A stretch of DNA of 64,000 nt from Aeromicrobium sp. GTDB lineage: Bacteria; Actinomycetota; Actinomycetes; Propionibacteriales; Nocardioidaceae. Where the stretch lies: the NCBI GenBank assembly GCA_035401705.1, contig DAONBX010000010.1, forward strand, positions 34 to 64,033. The letters are read 5' to 3'. This document shows positions 40,875 to 49,893 of this stretch, piece after piece. Within the stretch, counting starts at the first letter, position 1. Each line of letters starts with the position of its first letter. The position numbers and the translations under genes are program-made. The notes beneath the pieces are model-generated. The model searched no databases. It was not told the DNA's origin and saw nothing but the letters and a program-made list of their open reading frames with translations.

Positions 40875-42148
40875 TGCAGTTCTCCTTCCAAGACCGTCGG
40901 CCGACCGGCCAAGAACGTTGCCACCACACGACCAGGTAGTTCACGGCCGGCGTAGGGGGTGTTTCGCGACAAACTCGCCGTGTCGCTCGGTTCAACCACG
41001 CGGGTAGCCGTCGGGTCGTAAAGCACGACATGGGCCGGTTCGCCGACGGCGAGGGGCCGACCATGATTGGCGACGCGGCCGATTCGGGCCGGGTTCGAGC
41101 TCAGCTTTTCGGCGACCTGTTCCCAGGTGAGAGCCCCGGTGTCGACCATGGTCTGCTGGACGATCGACAATGCCGTCTCCAAGCCGATCATGCCGAAAGC
41201 GGCCGCCTGCCACTCGCACTCTTTGTCCTCCATCGGATGCGGCGCGTGGTCGGTGGCAACGATGTCAATCGTGCCGTCGGCCAGACCCTCACGCACTGCG
41301 AGCACATCGTCGGCGCTGCGAAGCGGCGGATTGACTTTGAAGATCGGGTCATAACTGCGCACCAACTCGTCGTCGAGCAACAGATGATGCGGGGTCACCT
41401 CGGCGGTGACGTTGATCCCGCGACTCTTGGCCCAGCGCACGATCTCGACTGAACCTCTGGTCGACAGGTGGCACACGTGCAAGCGGCTGCCGACATGCTC
41501 AGCCAACAAGACGTCACGAGCGATGATCGCTTCTTCGGCAACTGCCGGCCAGCCGGTGAGCCCGAGTTCGCCCGAGAGTGGGCCCTCGTTCATTTGTGCG
41601 CCTTCGGTCAGGCGCGGCTCTTGAGCGTGCTGGGCGATAACGCCGTCGAATGCTTTTACGTATTCCAAAGCCCGACGCATTAGCACCGCATCGGATACGC
41701 ATTTGCCGTCATCGCTGAATACCCGCACCTTCGCGGCCGAGTCCGCCATCGCGCCAAGTTCGGCGAGGTGTTCGCCCGCCAGTCCAATAGTTACTGCACC
41801 GATCGGTTGCACGTCGGCGTAACCGTGCTCTCGACCAAGTCTCCAGACCTGCTCGACCACCCCTGCGGTATCGGCCACCGGTTCGGTGTTCGCCATCGCA
41901 AACACGCAGGTGAACCCGCCGCGGGCTGCGGCCTGAGTGCCGGTCAAGACAGTCTCGGCGTCCTCGCGACCAGGCTCGCGCAAGTGGGTGTGCAGGTCGA
42001 CTAAGCCCGGCAGGGCGATCAACCCAGTCGCATCGACGACGGTGTCGCCGGTCAAATCGCTACCGACCTGGGTGATGACCCCATCCTCGATGCAAATATC
42101 AGCAACCTGCTCACCGAGGAGTTTCGCGCCCTTGATGACCGTGCTCAT
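40871..42148 (-). CDS. pyrC: dihydroorotase
   Basis: [18 protein letters not shown] and VATDHAPH motifs. Confidence 0.93.
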   Translation of the reverse strand: MSTVIKGAKLLGEQVADICIEDGVITQVGSDLTGDTVVDATGLIALPGLVDLHTHLREPGREDAETVLTGTQAAARGGFTCVFAMANTEPVADTAGVVEQVWRLGREHGYADVQPIGAVTIGLAGEHLAELGAMADSAAKVRVFSDDGKCVSDAVLMRRALEYVKAFDGVIAQHAQEPRLTEGAQMNEGPLSGELGLTGWPAVAEEAIIARDVLLAEHVGSRLHVCHLSTRGSVEIVRWAKSRGINVTAEVTPHHLLLDDELVRSYDPIFKVNPPLRSADDVLAVREGLADGTIDIVATDHAPHPMEDKECEWQAAAFGMIGLETALSIVQQTMVDTGALTWEQVAEKLSSNPARIGRVANHGRPLAVGEPAHVVLYDPTATRVVEPSDTASLSRNTPYAGRELPGRVVATFLAGRPTVLEGELQ

Positions 42149-43077
42149 GAATCTTCTCCTTCGGTGGCGCCGCCAAGCAGCAGATAAAGAACAGCCATTC
42201 GCACTGCTACCCCGTTGGTGACCTGTTCAACAATCACTGAACGGTCACTGTCGGCCACGTCTGCGTTTATCTCCATGCCGCGATTCATTGGGCCGGGGTG
42301 CATCACGATCGCGTGTTGTGGCAGCCGGTTCATCCGGGCAACATCTAGGCCATAGCGCCGACTGTATTCGCGGGCGCTGGGGAAGAATGAGGCGTTCATG
42401 CGTTCGCGTTGGACCCGAAGCATCATCACCGCGTCGGCTTTTTCCAAGCTCGCGTCGAAGTCGTAAGACGTCGCCACCGGCCAGGTTTCGACACCAACCG
42501 GCAGCAGCGTCGGCGGTGCAACCAAAGTGACATTCGCGCCAAGGGTATCGAGCAGTAACGCGTTAGATCGCGCTACGCGACTGTGCAGGACATCGCCAAC
42601 GATGGTGATGTCCTTTCCTGCCAGATCGCCCAGATGCGAGCGCATGGTGAACGCATCCAGCAGCGCCTGAGTCGGATGCTCGTGAGTGCCGTCGCCGGCG
42701 TTGACCACTGCCCCGTTGCTCCACTTTGAATGAGCGAGCCGATAGGGCGCACCAGAAGCGTGATGGCGGATGACGACCGCGTCAGCGCCCATCGCCTGCA
42801 GGGTCAGCGCCGTGTCTTTTAGGCTCTCGCCCTTGCTGGCGCTCGATCCTTTGGCGCTGAAGTTGATCACGTCGGCGCTTAAGCGTTTGGCGGCAGCCTC
42901 AAAACTGATTCGCGTTCGAGTCGAATCCTCGAAGAAAAGGTTCACGATCGTGCGGCCGCGCAAAGTCGGCAACTTTTTGATCGGCCGTTTGGCGACACTC
43001 AACAGTTCGGCAGCGGTATCTAGGATCAGGGTCGCTTCATCGCGGCTCAAGTCACCGGCGCTGAGTAGATGCTTCAT
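42145..43077 (-). CDS. pyrB: aspartate carbamoyltransferase catalytic subunit
   Basis: [13 protein letters not shown] and [16 protein letters not shown] motifs. Confidence 0.95.
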   Translation of the reverse strand: MKHLLSAGDLSRDEATLILDTAAELLSVAKRPIKKLPTLRGRTIVNLFFEDSTRTRISFEAAAKRLSADVINFSAKGSSASKGESLKDTALTLQAMGADAVVIRHHASGAPYRLAHSKWSNGAVVNAGDGTHEHPTQALLDAFTMRSHLGDLAGKDITIVGDVLHSRVARSNALLLDTLGANVTLVAPPTLLPVGVETWPVATSYDFDASLEKADAVMMLRVQRERMNASFFPSAREYSRRYGLDVARMNRLPQHAIVMHPGPMNRGMEINADVADSDRSVIVEQVTNGVAVRMAVLYLLLGGATEGEDS

Positions 43078-43607
43078 CAGCGGTCCCCCTCGATCTGGAC
43101 CGAATCCTCGGTGCCGTCAAATTCGGCCAACCGCACCTGGACCTTTTCGGTCTTGGCCGTCGGCAAGTTCTTACCGACGAAATCGGCCCGGATCGGCAAC
43201 TCGCGGTGACCGCGATCAACCAACACTGCCAACTGGACCGCCTTTGGACGGCCGAGTTCGCTCAGCGCATCGAGCGCGGCACGAATAGTGCGCCCACTCA
43301 TCAACACGTCGTCAACCAGCACCACTACTCGCCCGTCGATGTCTTCGGGAACGTTCGTCGGTTCGAGTGCCCGCGGCGCCCGCAGCCGCAGATCGTCGCG
43401 ATACATCGTGACGTCTAGCGCGCCTGGGGTGATTGTCGTGCCTTCGACCTCAGTCATCTTGGCCGCGATCCGTTGGGCGAGCTCAACGCCGCGAGTGGGG
43501 ATTCCCAAGATTACGACTTGCTCGGCGTCGCGATTCTTCTCGAGGATTTCGTGAGTAATCCGAGTCAACGCGCGCGAGATGTCGGTGGCATCCATGACGA
43601 TGCTCAC
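43077..43607 (-). CDS. pyrR: bifunctional pyrimidine operon regulator / uracil phosphoribosyltransferase
   Basis: [16 protein letters not shown] and PRPP motif [21 protein letters not shown] at 43607, or ATG at 43595. Confidence 0.92.
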   Translation of the reverse strand: MSIVMDATDISRALTRITHEILEKNRDAEQVVILGIPTRGVELAQRIAAKMTEVEGTTITPGALDVTMYRDDLRLRAPRALEPTNVPEDIDGRVVVLVDDVLMSGRTIRAALDALSELGRPKAVQLAVLVDRGHRELPIRADFVGKNLPTAKTEKVQVRLAEFDGTEDSVQIEGDR

Positions 43608-43611
43608 AAGC

Positions 43612-43655
43612 CGACCCCCTTCTCCGCCTCACAGGACGGTGGTTAAAGGATGGTT
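43612..43655 (-). promoter_or_regulatory. PyrR-binding RNA hairpin overlapping the pyrR ribosome-binding site
   Basis: Minus-strand RNA AUCCUUUAACCACCGUCCUGUGAGGCGGAGAAGGGGG compared with the PyrR-site consensus UCCUUUAA...AGUCCAGAGAGGCU.AGAAGGA. The 3' arm GGAGAAGGGGG is the SD region, 7-17 nt upstream of the GTG. Confidence 0.7.
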
Positions 43656-43879
43656 CCCAGTTAGGCTATCAGTTGGCGTTCTGGGACAAATCAGCGACTT
43701 CTCCCCGTGACTTCGATCACTTTGAACTATCCGCTGTAACTTTTGATTTCTGGCGAAATTGCAGCAAATGCGACTGTTTAGACGCCTGTTGCACGAATTG
43801 CCATCGGCTGGCTTTCATTGGCTTTTCCTGCTTACAGTCCTTGAGGCCTTTTCTGGGCCCGGCCGCGAACGCGCTGAAC

Positions 43880-44030
43880 TCGCCGACGTTCGACGGATCC
43901 ATCAATACGAAACCAATCGGCGAGCCGGGGACACCAGCACGGTGTCGCGTGACCGCGACTTGGGGCTAACCACTACACGTGGGGCAAACCTTCATTGCCA
44001 GTCCGACAGGTCTCTCCTCGTAGGCGTAGA
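43880..44030 (+). promoter_or_regulatory. ydaO/yuaA-type (cyclic-di-AMP) riboswitch candidate
   Basis: Conserved blocks appear in the correct order: AAUCGGCGAGCCGGGGACACCA (43915-43936), UGGGGCUAACC (43961-43971), GUGGGGCAAACC (43979-43990) and CAGUCCGACAGGUCUCUCCUCGUAGGCG (43999-44026). The last compares with the consensus ...CCCGUCAGCUAACCUCGUAAGCG. It lies directly upstream of the SD GAAGGAG (44029-44035). Confidence 0.65.
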
Positions 44031-44044
44031 AGGAGTCACCCCCT

Positions 44045-44488
44045 ATGCGTCGTTTCGCACTATTTCTGTCTGCCTGCCTAATCGCCTCCCTGCTTGGCGT
44101 TGCCACGCCCGCAGTTGCCGACGATTCGGCCCCAACTGCCAAACGCACCAAGATCGTCAATACTGCGGCCAAGTACAAGGGAACGCCCTACCGCCGCGGT
44201 GGCGCCTCGCCGTCGGGGTTCGACTGCTCCGGCTACGTCCAGTACGTCGTGAAAAAGTCGATCAAGAAGTCACTCCCGCGAGTCGCCGGAGCTCAAATGA
44301 AAAAGGGCAAGTCAGTCTCCAAGGGCGCCAAGAAGAAGGGCGATCTAGTCGGTTTCTACAACGGCGGTGGCTACTACCACATTGCGATTTACGCTGGCGG
44401 CGGCAAAATCTGGCATGCCCCTCGACCAGGAAAGTCGGTCGAGAAGGTCAAGATTTGGACCAGTGCGTACAAGGTTCGCCGCCTCTGA
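44045..44488 (+). CDS. secreted NlpC/P60 (C40) peptidoglycan endopeptidase
   Basis: Signal peptide MRRFALFLSACLIASLLGVATPAVA, then KYKGTPYRRGGASPSGFDCSGYVQYV (catalytic Cys) and GDLVGF...YHIAIYAGGGKIWHAP (His). Confidence 0.9.
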   Translation: MRRFALFLSACLIASLLGVATPAVADDSAPTAKRTKIVNTAAKYKGTPYRRGGASPSGFDCSGYVQYVVKKSIKKSLPRVAGAQMKKGKSVSKGAKKKGDLVGFYNGGGYYHIAIYAGGGKIWHAPRPGKSVEKVKIWTSAYKVRRL

Positions 44489-44502
44489 TGAGGTAATGTA
44501 TG

Positions 44503-44521
44503 TTTGCTGAGGCTGTCCTAA
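44503..44521 (+). promoter_or_regulatory. weak candidate IdeR/DtxR iron box upstream of efeU
   Basis: TTTGCTGAGGCTGTCCTAA matches 14/19 positions of TTAGGTTAGGCTAACCTAA. It lies 25 nt upstream of the efeU ATG. Confidence 0.35.
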
Positions 44522-44545
44522 CTGTGGCGGCTAAAAAGGTGAAAC

Positions 44546-45421
44546 ATGCTAGGTACTTTTCTGATCGGTCTGCGTGAGGGCTTAGAAGCGGCCCTGGTCG
44601 TCGGCATCCTGATCGCCTACGTCAAAAAAATTGGCAGAGACGACGTCGTTCCACGGATCTGGCTCGGCATTGGCTTGGCCATCACTTTGTCCCTGGGCCT
44701 CGGCGCGCTACTGACTTTTGGCACCTACGGACTAACTTTCCGTGCCCAAGAAATCATCGGCGGAACGCTGTCGATTCTGGCGGTAGCCCTAGTCACTTGG
44801 ATGATTTTCTGGATGGCGCGGATGGCGCGCGGATTGAAGAAGGAGCTCGAGCATCAGGTCGAGGTCCGACTCGACGGCCCCGGCTGGGGTTTGGTCGTCG
44901 TCGGTTTCGTTGCGGTGGCGCGCGAAGGCCTAGAAACTGCCCTGTTCCTGTGGAGTGCCGTTCGCTCCAGCGGTGACGCTCCCCTAGCTTGGGTCGGCGC
45001 CCTGCTCGGCTTGGTCACCGCGGCCTTCCTCGGTTGGCTCATTTACCGCGGCATGATCAGAATCAACCTCGGCTCCTTCTTCAAGTGGACCGGTGCGCTG
45101 CTGATCGTCGTGGCCGCCGGCATTCTCGCCTACGGTGTGCACGACTTGCAAGAAGCCGGCGTCCTGCCCGGTCCGTGGGCACCAGCAACTGGACCAGTTG
45201 GCCAATGGCTCAGCGGCTGGGCATTCCAGCTCAGCGGCACGATTGATCCGGCAGGGTTCGGGGCAGCAATCGCCAAGGGCACCATCGGTTTTAGCCCCGA
45301 TATGACCCGCCTTGAAGTGATCGTCTGGGCCATATATCTCGTAACCGTTTCAATCTTCTACTGGCGCGCCACCTCGTCGCGCCCTCGCGCCATAACTTCC
45401 GAATCGAAAGTAGCCTCATGA
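44546..45421 (+). CDS. efeU: FTR1/EfeU-family ferrous iron permease
   Basis: Two REGLE motifs (GLREGLEAAL, VAREGLETAL) in a polytopic membrane protein. Confidence 0.9.
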   Translation: MLGTFLIGLREGLEAALVVGILIAYVKKIGRDDVVPRIWLGIGLAITLSLGLGALLTFGTYGLTFRAQEIIGGTLSILAVALVTWMIFWMARMARGLKKELEHQVEVRLDGPGWGLVVVGFVAVAREGLETALFLWSAVRSSGDAPLAWVGALLGLVTAAFLGWLIYRGMIRINLGSFFKWTGALLIVVAAGILAYGVHDLQEAGVLPGPWAPATGPVGQWLSGWAFQLSGTIDPAGFGAAIAKGTIGFSPDMTRLEVIVWAIYLVTVSIFYWRATSSRPRAITSESKVAS

Positions 45422-46620
45422 ATCCTCGTTCCATTTTGGCCATCGCAGGTGTCGCTGCGCTCGCGTTGAGCGGTTGCGTAAAAAACGCCGATCCGAACGC
45501 CACCAACGCGATCAACGTGTCCAGCACTGTCGACGATTGCGAAGTTTCAGCCACCTCGGCCACCAGCGGCAACGTCACCTTTGCGGTGAAGAACGACGGC
45601 AAGAAAGTCACCGAGTTTTACCTACTGGCCGAAGATGGACTGAGCATCATCGGCGAGGTGGAAAACATCGCACCTGGCACGTCACGGAACCTAACGGTCC
45701 AGGCCCAACCCGGCTCATACTTCACTGAATGCAAGCCCTCGATGGTCGGCGAGGGCGTCGGCCGAAAGACTTTTGAAGTCACTGGCAAGCAAGTCGAAGT
45801 TGACGCCAACGAGCAGGAGGCCACTGCGGCGGCCGTTGCGGCGTACACCGCGTACACCAAGGATCAGGTCGGCCGACTAGTTACCGAAGTCGAAAAGTTT
45901 GTTGCCGCTTATCAGTCCGGCGACGACGACCTAGCCAGAAAACTCTTCCCGCTCGCTCGGACGAGCTACGAGCGAATCGAGCCAACCGCATCACAGTTCG
46001 GTGATCTGGATCCAAAAATCGACTACCGCAAGCCAGGTGCTGAAGCCGAGGGCATCGAGTTCACTGGCTTCCACCGACTCGAGATGGACCTTTGGCTGAA
46101 AGAGGCTCGCAAGAATTACCCGGATGAAAAAATCACTGCGCTAACGAAGGCCGAACGCACCAAGTACGGCAATCAGTTGGTAGCCGACGTTAAGGCGTTG
46201 AATGAGAAAGTGACTGCCAATGACTTCGTGCTGACTTTGGCTGACATCACCAACGGCGCGATCGGCCTTTTGGATGAGGTGGCCGCTCCCGACGGAAAAC
46301 TGCCAGGTGAAGAGGACGAGTTCAGCCACACCGACCTCTATGACTTTTATGCGAACGTCGAAGGCGCAAGGGTCGCGTTCGAGTCGGTGCGAAGCATCGC
46401 CAACTCCAAGGGCGAAGCTGCCAAGGAACTTGTTGGTGATTTGGACGAACAGTTCGCCGCAATGCTTGCCTTGCTGAGCACCTACGGAAATTACAAAGAC
46501 GGGTTCGTCTCCTATGACACCGTCAACCAGCAGAAGCGAAATGAACTCGGCGCCCAGCTAAACGCATTGAGCGAGCCGCTTTCCCAACTGACGGACACGG
46601 TGCTAAGTGCCAACAAGTAA
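45418..46620 (+). CDS. efeO: iron uptake system lipoprotein EfeO (cupredoxin-like plus imelysin/M75 domains)
   Basis: Lipobox ALALSGC. N-terminal cupredoxin-like segment (GNVTFAVKNDGKKVTEFYLL) and HxxE motif in GFHRLEMDLW. ATGA overlap with efeU. Confidence 0.88.
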   Translation: MNPRSILAIAGVAALALSGCVKNADPNATNAINVSSTVDDCEVSATSATSGNVTFAVKNDGKKVTEFYLLAEDGLSIIGEVENIAPGTSRNLTVQAQPGSYFTECKPSMVGEGVGRKTFEVTGKQVEVDANEQEATAAAVAAYTAYTKDQVGRLVTEVEKFVAAYQSGDDDLARKLFPLARTSYERIEPTASQFGDLDPKIDYRKPGAEAEGIEFTGFHRLEMDLWLKEARKNYPDEKITALTKAERTKYGNQLVADVKALNEKVTANDFVLTLADITNGAIGLLDEVAAPDGKLPGEEDEFSHTDLYDFYANVEGARVAFESVRSIANSKGEAAKELVGDLDEQFAAMLALLSTYGNYKDGFVSYDTVNQQKRNELGAQLNALSEPLSQLTDTVLSANK

Positions 46621-47857
46621 TGACCGTGGCCTGTCGCGTCGTTCAGTCCTGGGACTGATCGGCGCGGCAGGTGCTGCCGGCGCGGTCGGTGTCGCCGGTG
46701 CGGTGGCGATTGCTGGCGGCGACGATTCAGACAGCGCGCAAAGCATGGTGGAGTTCAATGGCGCGCACCAGGCTGGAATCACTACCGCTGCCCAAGAACA
46801 TTTGTATTTCGCTTCCTACGACCTGACTTCGACCGCTGATCGCGAAGACATCAAGGAACTCTTGGCTGAATGGACCGAGGCTGCGGCCCGGCTCACCAAG
46901 GGCCAGGAAGTCACCGCCGAAGGCGCCACCGGCGGCGGTCCGCACAAACCGCCGGACGACACTGGCGAAGCCCTCGGGTTAGGCCCGAACAACCTGACGA
47001 TCACTTTCGGTTTCGGCCCCGGCCTTTTCGATGACCGATTCGGTTTGGCCGCGAAACGCCCAGCCGAGTTAGCTGAGTTGCCGTCATTCGCGTTCGACCT
47101 ACTTGAGGATCGGTACAGCGGTGGCGACCTGTGCATTCAGGCTTGCGCCGACGACCCACAGGTAGCAGTCCACGCCATTCGGAACCTGACCCGGATTGCC
47201 TTTGGTCGCGCGCAAATTCGCTGGGCCCAACTTGGCTACGGCCGCACCTCAACCACGGACAAATCCCAAGAAACCCCGCGAAACCTTTTCGGGTTCAAGG
47301 ACGGCACCGCCAACATCTTCAACGATGAAAAGGAGGACTTGGCGAAATGGGTTTGGGCCGACGGCGCCAATCAGCCGTGGATGGCCGGCGGCAGTTTCTT
47401 GGTGGCCCGAAAAATCATGATGCTGATCGAGTCCTGGGATCGCGTCCGCTTATCCGAGCAGCAGGCGATCTTCGGGCGCGACAAGGGCGAAGGTGCTCCG
47501 CTGTCGGGCGGCACCGAATTCACCGAACCCGATTTCGAGATGGCTTCGACCGAACTGGGTGGCCCGGTCATTTCCCTGACTTCGCACGTTCGACTCGCTC
47601 ACCCTGATGCAAATGCTGGAAAGCGAATCCTGCGCCGCGGCTATAACTTCGTCGAAGGCAACAACAACCTCGGGCAAATCTCCGGTGGTCTGTTTTTCCT
47701 ATCATTCCAGCGGTCGCCGCAGCAGTTCATCGATGTGCAAAAGTCGCTGGCCGCTGATGCGCTCAACGAATACATCCGCCACGTTGGATCGGCCATATTC
47801 GCCGTACCGCCGGGGGTCAAGCCCGGCGAATCAATCGGCGCCGGACTCTTTAGCTAA
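46607..47857 (+). CDS. efeB: Tat-exported DyP-type peroxidase / deferrochelatase EfeB
   Basis: Twin-arginine signal LSRRSVLGLIGAAGAAG. DyP motifs FGFKDGTAN and RRGYNF. Confidence 0.9.
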   Translation: MPTSNDRGLSRRSVLGLIGAAGAAGAVGVAGAVAIAGGDDSDSAQSMVEFNGAHQAGITTAAQEHLYFASYDLTSTADREDIKELLAEWTEAAARLTKGQEVTAEGATGGGPHKPPDDTGEALGLGPNNLTITFGFGPGLFDDRFGLAAKRPAELAELPSFAFDLLEDRYSGGDLCIQACADDPQVAVHAIRNLTRIAFGRAQIRWAQLGYGRTSTTDKSQETPRNLFGFKDGTANIFNDEKEDLAKWVWADGANQPWMAGGSFLVARKIMMLIESWDRVRLSEQQAIFGRDKGEGAPLSGGTEFTEPDFEMASTELGGPVISLTSHVRLAHPDANAGKRILRRGYNFVEGNNNLGQISGGLFFLSFQRSPQQFIDVQKSLAADALNEYIRHVGSAIFAVPPGVKPGESIGAGLFS

Positions 47858-48257
47858 GCGTCGGCTTGAGCTGGACAATCCGGCTCAACAGACCAGAAAC
47901 GAACTTGGGTGACTCATCTGTCGAAAGTTCAGCAGCAAGTTCAACAGCTTCGCTGACCGCTACCGCGTCCGGAACGTCGTCAACCCAAAGCACCTCGTAA
48001 ACGCCAAGACGGAGCAGATTTCGATCCACCGCCGGCATCCGGTCAAGCGCCCACGCGTGCGAGTGCTCGTCGAGGATGGCGTCAATCTTGGCCGCGTTCG
48101 CCGCGACCCCCTCGACCAGCGAAACGGTGTACGGGTTGATCGGCGGCTCGTTCAGTTCGAGGCGCTCAGCCAACGTGCCGTCCAAGGCCAGCCCGCGAGC
48201 CTCGGACTCGAACATGATGTCCAGCGCGCGCTTGCGGTACTTGCTCCGTGCAGCCAT
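47850..48257 (-). CDS. nusB: transcription antitermination factor NusB
   Basis: RKRALDIMFESEARG...LDRMPAVDRNLLRLGVYE...AVELAAELSTDESPKFVSGLL. Confidence 0.93.
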   Translation of the reverse strand: MAARSKYRKRALDIMFESEARGLALDGTLAERLELNEPPINPYTVSLVEGVAANAAKIDAILDEHSHAWALDRMPAVDRNLLRLGVYEVLWVDDVPDAVAVSEAVELAAELSTDESPKFVSGLLSRIVQLKPTLS

Positions 48258-48820
48258 CAGGCCTTCACACGACCGAGGTAGCTGCCATCGCGGGTGTCGA
48301 CTTTGATTTTCTCGCCGGACTCAAGAAACAGCGGGACCTGGATTTCCTTGCCGGTCTCAAGCTTGGCCGGCTTGGTGCCACCGCTGGAACGGTCGCCCTG
48401 CAAGCCCGGATCAGTGTGCGCAACCAACAGTTCGACCGAGGCTGGCAGTTCGACGTAAAGGACTCGGCCTTCGTTCGTGGCTACGGTCGCGTTCTGGTTC
48501 TCTAGGAGGTAGTCAGTCGCGTCGCCCATCGATTCTGGGGCGATCTCGATCTGGTCGTACGTCGAAATGTCCATGAAGACGTAGTTGGTGCCGTCGTTGT
48601 ACAGGTACTGCATATCGCGCTTGTCGACCGTGGCGGTCTCGACCTTGGTGCCAGCGTTGAAAGTCTTGTCGACCAACTTGCCCGATTCGACGTTCTTCAT
48701 CTTCGTGCGAACGAAGGCCGGACCCTTGCCCGGTTTGACGTGCTGGAACTCCACGATGGACCACAACTGTCCGTCGATGTTCAGAACCATGCCGTTCTTC
48801 AAGTCATTCGTGGTTGCCAT
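48257..48820 (-). CDS. efp: elongation factor P
   Basis: [44 protein letters not shown]. Confidence 0.97.
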   Translation of the reverse strand: MATTNDLKNGMVLNIDGQLWSIVEFQHVKPGKGPAFVRTKMKNVESGKLVDKTFNAGTKVETATVDKRDMQYLYNDGTNYVFMDISTYDQIEIAPESMGDATDYLLENQNATVATNEGRVLYVELPASVELLVAHTDPGLQGDRSSGGTKPAKLETGKEIQVPLFLESGEKIKVDTRDGSYLGRVKA

Positions 48821-49893
48821 CAGTGGATCTCCAGAAGTTCTTTCGTCGTATCGGTGAGCACGTCGGGTTCACCGCCGTGTTCGGGGTCTGTGACGAGGAC
48901 CGTGTCCTCGATGCGCACGCCGCCTGAACCCGGAAGGTAGATTCCCGGTTCCATCGTCAAAACCATGCGGCTAGCAAGTCTACCGGGGTGGGTCGTGCCT
49001 AAGAACGGGTCCTCATGGATCTGTAGTCCGACGCCGTGCCCAAGGCCAGTGGTGAACGAGTCCAACCAGCCACTTTCAGCAAGTGATGTGGTGACCGCGT
49101 TGAACACGTCGGCAATCAATTCGCCGGCGCGCAGCTGATCAAGACCGGTCTGCTGTGCCTGTCTGACGGCCGCGTGAATCTCAACTTGCCAAGGCTGCGC
49201 CTTGCCCAAGACCACGGTGCGAGTGCAGTCGGCGTGGTATCCGTCGGCCAATGCGCCGAAATCGATTTTGAGTAGATCACCAGTGGCAAGCGGCCGGTCG
49301 GTTGGCTCATGGTGCGGGATCGCCGTGTTTTCGCCGGCGGCCAAAATCGTGTCGAACGCTTTGTCGTCGGCCCCAAGTTCGAGCATTCGCCACTGCAAGT
49401 CACGGGCCACTTCACGCTCGGTGCGCCCAACCAGCGGGCCAGTGAGCAAACCTTCGAGTGCGGCTACCGAAATCTCGCAGGCTCGGCGCAACGCCGCGAT
49501 CTCGGCTTCATCTTTAACTAACCGAAGTTGCTCAATGAGTCGGCCGCTAGGTTCTGGTCGGTCGAGTTTCTGCCAAGAGTCGACGTCCAGCAGGTGAGTC
49601 TCGGCCGCCAAGTCCGACGGGGCCCGCCCGGCAGCAACGCCAATCAGATCGCGAGTGATAACTACCTCGATCTGCCCCAGCCCGGCGGCCACCAATTGCA
49701 CCGCTGCCTGGTCCTTGTAGCGACCATCGGTCAAAAACACTGGGTCTTTTGCCGCGTGAACCAGCAGCGCGCCGTTGGAACCGGTGAACCCAGTCAAATA
49801 GCGGATATTCAACAGATCACTGACGTACATGGCCGCATGTCCGGCCTCGGTTAGCAGTCCTTGTAGTCGAGCGATTCGCGTTGATTCAGTCAT
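48820..49893 (-). CDS. pepQ: M24-family Xaa-Pro peptidase
   Basis: Creatinase-like N-domain plus M24 metal ligands ([32 protein letters not shown]...RIED). Conserved position between efp and aroB. Confidence 0.85.
   Translation of the reverse strand: MTESTRIARLQGLLTEAGHAAMYVSDLLNIRYLTGFTGSNGALLVHAAKDPVFLTDGRYKDQAAVQLVAAGLGQIEVVITRDLIGVAAGRAPSDLAAETHLLDVDSWQKLDRPEPSGRLIEQLRLVKDEAEIAALRRACEISVAALEGLLTGPLVGRTEREVARDLQWRMLELGADDKAFDTILAAGENTAIPHHEPTDRPLATGDLLKIDFGALADGYHADCTRTVVLGKAQPWQVEIHAAVRQAQQTGLDQLRAGELIADVFNAVTTSLAESGWLDSFTTGLGHGVGLQIHEDPFLGTTHPGRLASRMVLTMEPGIYLPGSGGVRIEDTVLVTDPEHGGEPDVLTDTTKELLEIH

Noticed and set aside
43673-43969. 98-aa Cys-rich ORF (CSKCDCLDACCTNCH) in the pyrR / NlpC-P60 intergenic region
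   Set aside because: It has no RBS, it runs into the riboswitch-like element, and the region is better explained as divergent promoters plus a 5' leader. The Cys richness comes from TGC/TGT in AT-richer non-coding DNA.
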